A DNA stretch of 60,655 bases, filler included, from Basidioascus undulatus (lineage: Eukaryota): the NCBI GenBank assembly GCA_000826855.1. It is 8 parts of 8 records of this genome, joined end to end, with 100 filler letters (N's around TTAATTAATTAA, not from the genome) between each part and the next. Parts side by side here need not be neighbours in the genome. Positions count along the whole stretch, not along the records: positions 50,799 to 55,683 come from JTLS01002052.1; positions 55,784 to 60,655 come from JTLS01002053.1; 6 more parts are not named here. One strand, written 5' to 3'. This document shows, piece after piece, positions 51,748 to 60,655 of this stretch. The translations under genes were made by a program, and so were the position numbers. The notes below the pieces were generated by a model. That model was not told where the DNA came from. It did no database searches and worked only from the letters and a program-made list of their open reading frames with translations. Numbering within the stretch: position 1 is the stretch's first letter; the number at the start of each line of letters is the position of its first letter.

Positions 51748-52720
51748 TCAGTTCAGCACCTGCCTAGGGCTAAGTTCACGTTTGACAGCGCCTTCCGCCC
51801 GCAGCGAACTTCCGAAGCAGATCGAGAAGATGCGGGTCAATTGGCCGTGCAACACAGGCAGGGCAAGATAGGGCATTCTACAAATTGCGAGACAAATCTC
51901 AGTAACATTCATGCCTGCGATCGCAACGAGTTCCCGCAATCGCCCATAGCCCTCTCCGCTCGCCACATCGTCCAGCGCTCTCCCAAGCCACTCCGCCACC
52001 TCTTCATCCCTGATGACAGCCTTCACCCTGTCAAGGCCTATTCAACCCTTCATGCATCACTTGGCCTGCTCCGTCGGCACCGCGTCGGTCCCGTAGTAAT
52101 CGACCCTGTCGCCCCATGGCCACTCAACGAGGCGCAACCTCTTCACGCTCGGCGCTTCGATGCTCCAGTCCCAAGGCCAGTGCACCTTTTCCTGCAGAGA
52201 TCCCTTCACTTCTACTTCCTTCACCTTCAGCCAGAATTCGAACAAGTCGCGGAGCGCGTACTCCCTGATCGCTAGGCCCGCCACCGCCGGCGGCTGAGCG
52301 GGCCCAGCTGAGAGCGCCGCCACCCAGTCCGGGCGACGGCCCGCCGTCCACCGCGTCCAACTACCACAGAACTTGGCGCGCTCGAGCGCAGGCGTGCACG
52401 CGCCCCGAAGATCGCGCTCAAATGCTCGATGTCGGTGTCTTGCTGCAGGCACAGGCTCGTGATGTGGCCGGCGAGGTCGGGGCGCGACTTGAGCACCTCA
52501 GGGAGAGCGAAAGAGTAATATCGCGTCGGATTGAGTATCGAGCCACTCTTTGTGGAGATGGATGCTGCCGAATGCGAAGGGGTCGGCGAGCGTCCGCCAG
52601 ACAAGTCTGAGGGAGAGGAGCTCTCCAGGAGAGAGGATGAGGCGTGTAGGAAAGGATCTCCCGCTCGATCTCGATGGGCAGTTTGAGAGAAGGCTGGACG
52701 CGAGATTTGTTTTGGGTTAG
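51748..52720 (-). pseudogene. F-box/LRR-like pseudogene
   Basis: SLKLPIEIEREILSY (F-box), LPEVLKSRPDLAGHITSLCL, CTPALERAKF, APSVKRLRL and YGRLRELV are spread over three frames with internal stops. Confidence 0.6.
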
Positions 52721-53247
52721 TGACTGAGCAGTTGCTGAACGCGATGCGCCGCCAAAGACATTGCAGCATGGAGCAGCTTGCCATGGTGAGTTGCCGCTCG
52801 AAAACCAAAAGAGCGACAACTTCAGTTGGGAACCCCGGCCTCGTACAATTGGGGGAACGCACACTGGGTGCACTCTCGTGTCCTCGAGCAGTGGATCCGC
52901 AGTGAGCAGATCCGAACCCCTTCACGCAAGGCCAAACGCGATGCAGGAAACCCTCAACGACACCACGCCAGATCAATAAGAACGAATACATTGTTACCAC
53001 TACACAATACGACTCAGCGAGAGCCCAAGAAACAAGACGCAAAAAAACAAAGTACGACAAAGCCGCGAGAAGAGCGAAGAGCCGAAAAGTGGAAGTCGCG
53101 TGGGAGGGAAGAGCGTCATCAAGAAGTTCATTGCGAGCGTGAGCCTTTACATGGGGCGTATCTTGTATGCGAGGTAGAGTAGGGAGGAGGGAAAGAGGGA
53201 AAGGAGGGAGGAGGTGGGGAGGATGGAGGATGGAGGATGGAGGGGGT

Positions 53248-54449
53248 TCAGTAGTAGCAAACGGTATGCAAGATCTGGTGCGGGTGCTTTGCCCGCTGCG
53301 CGCGGATGATCCCCGCTATCTCTTCGTCTAGGTCCGTGGCATTCTCGATCTGTTTCGCGTGATCCCATCAGTCCGAGGCTAACTGGGAGGTGGAGAGAGG
53401 AGGCAGGCGTACAGCGTTAGCGAGGTCCAAGATCGCCTGGCCGGCGATGAGCGCCTCCTCGTGGTTGTCCTTGATCTCGATGTTGATCACGTGTACAGGG
53501 CGGTTGTAGGACCCGCCGCGGTGCATCAGGTCTGTCCTCGTCCCCAACACAAACACAGACACATTCAGCATTTAGCATCGGGAAAGTGGGAAGGGGGAAG
53601 GAGGAGGGGGGGTAGGGGGAGGCGCACCGTCGCACACCGCATCCCAACAGCGCTCCTCGCACGTGATGACCACGTCCGCGGTGGGCGGGCTGTCGGCCCA
53701 CCGCTCGGGCGCAAGCTTGATGCGCCGGTTCCGGTCGAGCATGGGGAGGAGGCCGTTGGCGGTGTATCTGCTCGCCGCCTCACCCTGCTCAGTCTTCATG
53801 CGCCGGAGAGGGGAGAGGGAGGACGGGGAAGGAAACAACGGACAGTCGACGGTCTTTCCGCTCCAGATCCTCGAAGATCGTGTTGTAGGGGGTACCGAAG
53901 GGATAGATGTTGGGCTTGTCGATTGAGGGGCCCGGGAGTCGCACGGCTGAGCCGGTCCCGAAGGAGGTGACGCGGAAGTTGGCATTCCTGTGGGCGTGAA
54001 CAGTCGCTGTTCAGCTTCGTCGCTCACTCCAACGGGCCCCACCAAGCCGAGTGTGTGGGGTATGGGGTAAAAGAGACATACGCCAGGACTTTGTGTGCCT
54101 CCATGGATCGATTCTGTTTGTGCCAACCCGCGTGAGCGTCCCCATCCAAGCCACAGCCACGCCTCGCAAAGCAGCAGCGCACCTGGTTCGACGCGCAAAC
54201 GACACAGAACAGCGGTCTGTTCTCGCCCGTCTTGCGCACGGCAACAGTCGCGGCACCAGCGACGACCTCGCCCTGTGCCCGGGCACCATTGGGGGGCGCG
54301 ACGGACGCGACGATTGCCTGGGCGGCGGCGGTGCTGGATGTGAGTGGGCGAGCGGGCGGCAGGGGGGTGGGCGTGTAGGATGGGAGGTGCTGTGCATTGC
54401 GCAGGCGGGGGTCGGAGGTGGGCCGGCCACGGAGGCGGGGGTCGTCCAT
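53248..54449 (-). CDS. SSU72: RNA polymerase II CTD phosphatase Ssu72, multi-exon, complete
   Basis: [19 protein letters not shown] (CX5RS active site), [62 protein letters not shown] and [15 protein letters not shown]. Ends LHTVCYY* (TGA 53248-53250). Confidence 0.96.
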
Positions 54450-54971
54450 GGCTGGTGGCTGGGAGAGATGCGGAGCACGGCAGGTGAGCGGATGCGACGA
54501 GAGGGTGAATTTGATCGATTAAGGATGGCCGTGAGCGGTGAGCCTCGGAAGTATCTGAGCGGAGGGTCCGCATTGATGCCCTGCCCTGGCTCGTGAAGCA
54601 AGAGCTCCGAGCAGGGCGGGCAGCTCGAGAGGGATGATATCCATGTACTGTGTTTCGTCTCTGGCTCGCGTGACGCCCGCGGGTGCCTCATCCGATACCA
54701 CGCGCAATATTACTCACCTGTCACGCTGTGTGCTAGGGAATAAATTTTGATGAGATGGTCGGTGGGTCTAGAGCTGGGAACAGGCGTGGAAGGGGCGGGA
54801 GGAGGAAGGCGGAAGGGAGGGAGAATGGAGCGTGGGAGAGCTGGGAGAGCGCGTCGAGGACGAGACGTCACTGGCGTTGACCGGCCTGTCCTTGACGACC
54901 ATCTTCTCACAGCGCAGCTAGCGGGCTCACAGCAATACACACACTGACGCAACAATACCGGGGCGTATATC
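54450..54971. promoter_or_regulatory. Probable bidirectional promoter and 5' leaders between SSU72 and HBS1
   Basis: 522 bp between divergent ATGs; contains a GTGAGT...CAG leader intron on the SSU72 strand. Confidence 0.5.
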
Positions 54972-55499
54972 ATGTCGAGACACCGTTATGTCAGAAACAT
55001 GGACCTCGACGGTGCGTGGCTCTGGGCGAGGTGCTCCAGACGGGGAGCTCACATTCCCGGAGCATCGCAGAGGAGCTGGACGACGCTGCTTTCAGCGACG
55101 AATATGAGGAGGAGTACGGTGCGTCTGCTCTATACACTTGATGAGTGTCGTCTATGACGCTCACGAGTGAGCCTACAGAGGGCATCACGTCGGAGCAACA
55201 AGGTCCTTCGCCGTCCCGAGCCTCTCCTCATGGACGTACGCTGACCCCTGCGGCACTGGAACTCTTTCAGTCGAGATGGGCGAAGGGCTAGCGACCATCC
55301 GAGCCACTCTACCCGAGAGCGCTGCGTCGGACAAGGAGATCAAGGACGCGCTGTGGTACTACTACTTTGACGTCGAAAAGAGTCTGGCATGGCTTCTAGG
55401 TGCGCGCGATCGCTCTGTTCGTCCTTGACCCACGCTCATGACGGGATGTATGAAAAGAGGAGAGTGCGAAAAAGGCGGAGAAGGAACGAAAGAAGAAAG
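54972..55499 (+). CDS. HBS1: N-terminal exons of Hbs1 (HBS1/SKI7-like GTPase), rest lost at gap
   Basis: Spliced MSRHRYVRNMDLDEELDDAAFSDEYEEEYEGITSEQQVEMGEGLATIRATL...SDKEIKDALWYYYFDVEKSLAWLLEE corresponds to the HBS1_N domain. Confidence 0.88.
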
Positions 55500-55683
55500 G
55501 TTAGTCGTTCTCTTCCTTGCGGTCTTCCTTTCCCTGCCCGCACCGCACCGCAGCCCCTGCTGCTGCCCCGCTCCACTCTCTTTGCTTTCTCCCCACCCCT
55601 TTTGGCCTTCTCCTTCCCCCGCCCCCTCCTCCCTCTGCCTTTACCCTCTCTCGGCTCTAACCCACCCCTATTCCTCAAACGCA

Positions 55684-55783
55684 NNNNNNNNNNNNNNNNN
55701 NNNNNNNNNNNNNNNNNNNNNNNNNNNTTAATTAATTAANNNNNNNNNNNNNNNNNNNNNNNNNNNNNNNNNNNNNNNNNNNN
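55684..55783. other. Artificial contig spacer
   Basis: N44-TTAATTAATTAA-N44. Confidence 0.98.
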
Positions 55784-55823
55784 GAGAGAGAGGGGAGGGG
55801 GGGGGAAGGGGAGGAAGACGGAC

Positions 55824-56385
55824 GCGGGTGATTTCTGAGGTGATGCGCTCGATCTCGCGCTCTTCGGAGGTGCGGTCGGTGAAGCCGGGGAGGACGTGCT
55901 TGGCGTGGAGTTTGTCGAGGTGGGCAACTGGCGAAGGGGGGAGGGGTGGATGAGGAAGGGGAAGGGGAAAGGGCCGGCCGAGGGAGAGTGAACTGACTGC
56001 GTGTGCGGACGTGGGTGAGGATGGACTCGACTTCGTCGGATATGTCCACCCTGTCCACCATAGCGCATCGTGTACCCAAACATCAGTATTCCCTCCTCCG
56101 AGCTGCACGACCGCCAGCAGCACCAGCCCGCACTCACCACCTCGGCGGCAGCCCCCCCATCTCTATCCTGACATCCCCCGCCTCCCCAGCGCTCCCCGCA
56201 CTAGCAATGAGCCCTTGCGCCTCGTCCGTGCCCGCCTCCGCAGCCGAGGCGTCATCGTAGTACGATGGCGGGCGCGCGCTGCTGGAGCCTGCGCTGGGCG
56301 CTGTGCGCGCGAGCGAGTCGCGGTAGGAGAGGTAGAGGCCGGTCCGCGAGCGCGTGTACGGCGCGCTGCTGGATGTGCTGGCCAT
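55824..56385 (-). CDS. TLG2: Syntaxin-16/Tlg2 t-SNARE, N-terminal exons (3' lost at gap)
   Basis: MAST...TRSRTGLYLSYRDS (Vps45-binding N-peptide), LPPRWVDISDEVESIL and LDKLHAKHVLPGFTDRTSEEREIERITSEITR. Confidence 0.92.
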
Positions 56386-57743
56386 ATATTTCGGGTGGTG
56401 GACGAGCGAGAACTCCGGGCGGGGATGATGGATGAATGCGAAGGAGCGGATGAGGGCGTGGCTCCCAAGCTCCGGGCCGTGCGCCGTGGCCGCCTTGACG
56501 CGTCTTGGGTGCGGCCTGTTCCTCCTTGTCCTCTTCCCGGATTGCACTCTGACCCTCCCTACTGAGCGGTCGTCTACGATAACATAGCTTTCGAGAATTT
56601 TACGATTGCCTTGCCATCTTCGTTGACACTCAGCATGGCGCTTCGATCCCAGCCCCACTCGAGATCTTATCGTCGAATCGACCATTCCCTCACACCGACC
56701 CCCATCGCAGCTCTTCAATTCGATCGAAATTTGAACTCATATTCTTCTCAACCGTGACACATATGCATCGTTTAGGGTTCATCTCGATCAAGCCATGGTA
56801 CTGGCGGTCCCACATGATGTCCTCTGAACGAGCCGGGCACTGCACTGACCCAGACCCTAAGCCCGACGGAGGACTTCGATCTACAGCCCCATATATGCAG
56901 CAATTATGTTGTTTCCGATATATCTGTCTCTTCTGAAGTGCCTATTTGATGCGTCTGCCAGCGTTCTCTCGGATTGAGAGAAGCTGTAGCTGTCCTGGAC
57001 GTGGACGATCACTGCTGCTGCTGCCGCCACTTTCTTTTCTCCAATCCATTGTTACTTTACCGCAAAGAGAGTTCGAATTCTTCACACTCCAGCTCGGCTG
57101 TACAGGACCTTGGTCTAACGCCGAGTGTCTAATCAATGCGCTAGACACTTCGACCGAGGTCGCAACCCGTCCATGCCTGCCGACCTTGTCCTGCATTTAT
57201 GCAAGACAAAAGGACGCACATTATATTTGGCAGTGGTCAGTTCAAGTTCGTTAATGCACGTTCGGGACGTCCCAGGTAAGCTTGAGCAAACGTCGTGCCA
57301 GCGCAGGCAGAACCAGGTACCATCGTAGTTCAACAAACGAAATCAAAGAGCCCAACCGTGAATAGAGGCTGTGACTCTACTGCTTCCAATGCTTCTTGAC
57401 TGAAAGTACTTCCTAAACTTATCATTTGGGCTGAAAGTATTGAATGGGAGGCGGGGGGGAGGGCGAGGAAGCTGCAGCTCAAGTGTGCCTTTTCCGTACT
57501 TGGATTTCCGACATCGGCAAAGGGAAAAAAAAAGCTATACCGCTCTAACTTAGTTCTAGCCCTCTTTAAGCCTGAAAGGTCAAATACTGTGTCGGAAGAG
57601 TTCTAACTACGTTCTGGTTCCGCATTGCTCTCAGTTCTCACTCGCAGACTTTGGCCACATCCTCTGTCCCCCCTTCCCCTTCCCATTTTGTCTTGACCGA
57701 CACCACCCAAGAATGCCATCCCAAGCTATTATATTATAAAAGT

Positions 57744-58098
57744 ATGTCAGAACCCCTGAACGACAACATCGACGTTTCCTTCGTGGTGCTCCTTCCCGAC
57801 GAACAATTCCCGCCGAACTGCCGTCTCCTCACCAAGCCGGGGCTTGCCACGACCGGCTACGCCGAAGACATAATCAGGACTGATGGATACCACTGCGGTC
57901 GGCCCGCACGATCGCATCATGCCTTGGGAGGGCGTGCAGCGGGCGCACGAGGCAATACAGCGCAAAGCGGTCGCCATGGACGGGAACGTGGTGGTGGTGC
58001 TCAACACACACGTCCAGGAACATACACGCCCGCTACCAGTAACGGAAGTTCTTCGCGGTGGGGGTAAGAGGCAGGGGATGGCCCATCAAAGGATGTGA
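57744..58098 (+). pseudogene. Frameshifted YbjQ/UPF0145-like small ORF
   Basis: VVLLPDEQFPPNCRLLTKPGLATT in one frame and VQRAHEAIQRKAVAMDGNVVVVL in the +1 frame resemble the two halves of YbjQ; the shift is near 57875. Confidence 0.35.
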
Positions 58099-58710
58099 TC
58101 CGTCAGTGGCCTTGTGGGGCATACGTTCGAGATCCCCCAGGTCTGCTTGCATTTCGTTTCCCAGATCGGTGAATGTAGAGCTAATTTGATAGGCATTACT
58201 TATCTAGGGAAGGATGGAAAGACTCTCCCGGCCAAGTAGAGGGGGTGTCTATCGTGAGACAATGCAGGCCGCCTGAACCGCTACTGCTGGACAAGGGCGC
58301 GGGCTGCGTTGGAGATTGTGAGTGAGGCAGGTTTGATGAACAAGAGGTGTCGCGCTGTGCCGTCTTCCTTTGAATGAGGCGAAAACCAACTTGATAGAGC
58401 AGAGAGGGAACTGTGAAAGCGTTGGGTGCTGTCGCGAACAACCGGCCTGTCGGGACGACGCTTTGTGAAGCTGGATGGCCCCACCTTGCTGCCATTGGGT
58501 CAACCTTTACAGTTGCAATTTTTTTGATTGCACCCTTTCAGTGCACATTCAACACCGATGGATACTACACTTCACAAACAGAAAGTTCGCGATGTCTGCG
58601 GACTCTAAATCGATTGCCACTGTCTCTGTCCACCTTCAACCTCAAAAAGCGTACTCCAATCCTCTACAGTGGAAGAACCGAAGTTCTGCGACGTCTCCGA
58701 GTTTAACCTC

Positions 58711-59035
58711 ATGGACTCTTACGGGGAATATGTCGTCGCGCTTCGCCCGAAGCTCAGCGATAACGAAGCCTACTGGCAGCACGTCGCCGCGGTTGAGGAA
58801 ATTCTTCGTACTCTCAACATCCAAGAACCCTTGGACAAGCACCAGTATACACCTGGATGTATTGGGTATCTTGCCAAGGAAGTAAGTGACATTCTTTTTC
58901 CAAGTTGCTGGTGGGGCATGTGACTGAGTCAAGGGCCATTGCTGGCCGCAGGTTTGCGACAAGCTCCGTGCAGCGCAAGAGCTCGTCAAGGAAGTCCGCA
59001 ACGCCTGGACGGGCGAGGTGGACAGGATTGACTAG
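58711..59035 (+). CDS. Small two-exon protein resembling a stand-alone peptidase inhibitor I9 (subtilisin-propeptide-like)
   Basis: MDSYGEYVVALRPKLSDNEAYWQHVAAVEEILRTLNIQEPLDKHQYTPGCIGYLAKE | GTAAGT...CTGAG...CAG | VCDKLRAAQELVKEVRNAWTGEVDRID*. The YVV, H, HxY, GY and LR...V pattern fits I9. Start is uncertain. Confidence 0.5.
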
Positions 59036-59141
59036 ATTCACGAAACCGTCCTTGCTGTCCATCTCGTGCGACTTGACATGGGCGATGCACCGAGATCTTG
59101 ATGCCGTCGGGAGCAGAACTCTGCTGCTCGAGTGCACGCAC

Positions 59142-59978
59142 CAACCATTGCGCGACGTACGCGTCATTTCCCCACGTCGACAGATTGCGGTGGATCGCCT
59201 TGTAGTTCCCAGCCTCGTTGCCCACTAGAAGAAGTTCAGATCCATTCTATGAAGGAGACACTCGAGGGATGCATACACTCCAGGGCATAGATCCGCTCCC
59301 CCAAAACCTCAAACGCAGCCTCGGCCTGCTTCAAAGCGATGTCCAGACTGTCGTTGCCGAAGTTTAGGGTGACAACGACCTCAGTTTCGGGAAGGAGTAT
59401 GTCTCGGAGAGACTCGAAGTAGTCGGGTCCTTGGATCGTGCGATAGATTCCGCCGCCCTGTTGGATCAGGGTGAGTCTCCATGCGTTATTCATGCGAGGC
59501 GCATTCCGCTCTGCTCACCGGGTTGGTGATCCGGGTGACTCCTTGTTCAACTGAGGGCTCGTAGACAGAACTGTCTCTGGAATAGGAAACAGGAGGACAT
59601 GAAACTATCGACTCACTACCATACAGCTCACGACTTACTGCGTAACCCCCCCTGGACGAATCGAAGGAGGTTTTCCCGTTCGATCGGCAATGTTCTGCAG
59701 CCCAACCAAAGGTTACCACCTTGAACCGCTTCCTTGTCTGTGATGAAACAGCTCACCTGAATAAGCTGAAGTGAAAAGGTGTTCGGGTGGGTAGTGTTGC
59801 CGAAGAAGTCGGTGAAGAAGGCTGGGTCAACCGACAGCGAAGTGAGAGCAGGGTCCAGGTACTGAGAGAGCGTCGATGGCAGGTCCTCAGGGAGTTTGAG
59901 GGTATGGAAGGCTTCAGAAGGTGAAGTAGCCTTAATTAGAGGTATCAGGACTACAAGTGGGAAGAGATGGAGCTTCAT
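59142..59978 (-). pseudogene. Secreted glycoside hydrolase family 79 (beta-glucuronidase-like), N-terminal half only
   Basis: Signal peptide MKLHLFPLVVLIPLIKA, SLSVDPAFFTDFFGN...PNTFSLQLIQNIADRTGKPPSIRPGGVTQD, VVTLNFG and IYALELGNE (acid/base Glu) over five in-phase exons. No GH79-like sequence is recognisable after 59142. Confidence 0.8.
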
Positions 59979-60345
59979 CGTGGAGAAGAATATCCCCTAG
60001 GGTAAGTGTGCAAGCGGCAGTGATCAAGTGGAAGTGGTGTTTTCTGCTTCGTCCACGTATAAATGCTTGAATTTTAGAGCGTCATATGACCTCTCACAGT
60101 CACCCGCTCAGTTGTTTCCAAGGAGAAAATGACGGAGGAGCTCGAGGGAGGAGGGCGGCGGACGCTGCTCGGCCTGAAGATGTTCCATCCCGGCCCCTAA
60201 TTGCCGCAGTGGCCGGAGTGCTGTAGGAGGTCCTCAGGGCAAACTCCACAAAAGAAATGGCTCCCCCTTGGCTCCCTTATTGAAACAGTCAAAGACACAT
60301 ACGAAGACCATTTTACATTGCCCGGACTGCCCCTTCACCGCACCA

Positions 60346-60655
60346 TCACCCGTTGAAGATCCTCCACCCAAGCGGCGACCCCCCCAACCCACCGCGGCCC
60401 CCCTCCTTCTCCTTGACCTCATGATAAGCCCAAGGCTCACTCCAAAGCGATCCCCACACCCTCGCGATCCCCCTTCGCACCGCGCCCACCCATTCGGCAA
60501 CAAGGCGCCTGACGCCGCTGGAATTCCTGTCTGACTGCCTTCCCATATCCTGCTCCTCCCCGAGGAATGTACTCTGGTCCGGAGGGGGGGAGGGGGATGG
60601 GGTGGAGAAGCGCGACAGAGACACTTCGGAGATGCGCGGGAGGTTGTGCAGGGAA
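60346..60655 (-). CDS. Possible 3' end of an unidentified gene running off the window
   Basis: GC-rich open frame ...RRLVAEWVGAVRRGIARVWGSLWSEPWAYHEVKE...RIFNG*; no family recognised. Confidence 0.3.
   Translation of the reverse strand, partial: SLHNLPRISEVSLSRFSTPSPSPPPDQSTFLGEEQDMGRQSDRNSSGVRRLVAEWVGAVRRGIARVWGSLWSEPWAYHEVKEKEGGRGGLGGSPLGWRIFNG

Overview
Intron-rich eukaryotic DNA from a fungus, most likely a basidiomycete (GTGCGT/GTGAGT donors, CTGAC/CTAAC branch sites, basidiomycete-type Galpha, Ssu72, Med5 and Rio2 termini). The window is not one locus. It is eight contigs (4913, 4905, 4891, 25758, 4889, 4842, 4885 and 4872 bp) joined by seven artificial 100-bp spacers (N44-TTAATTAATTAA-N44), so adjacency across spacers is meaningless and several genes are cut. 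Manual splicing recovers complete genes for a group I G-protein alpha subunit, Vps1 dynamin, eIF3h, IDI1, a Pcl-type cyclin, a Bsc6-like MFS transporter, Med5 and Ssu72, plus an intron-containing tRNA-Pro(CGG). Partial genes are a YML020W-like alpha/beta hydrolase, a sugar porter, a Gly/Cys-tailed protein, Rio2, a small MGNGAKAQQKRERN protein, Ubc9, Hbs1 and Tlg2. Between the GC-rich housekeeping genes lie lower-GC tracts with decayed genes: up to five F-box-like relics, a truncated GH79 and a frameshifted YbjQ-like ORF. The most interesting unexplained items are (1) an array of six 15-nt hairpin-forming repeats with unique spacers at 13.3-13.6 kb, upstream of a possible gag relic; (2) a spliced gene for a secreted, Kex2-site-containing Gly/Arg/His-rich cationic peptide at 36.8-37.35 kb; (3) tandem DPR motifs on an N-terminal extension of Ssu72; (4) a PTS1 (SKL) on the YML020W-like hydrolase; (5) 6-, 12- and 14-nt microexons. 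No complete novel multi-gene system can be demonstrated from sequence alone. All family assignments are from motif recognition, not database searches.
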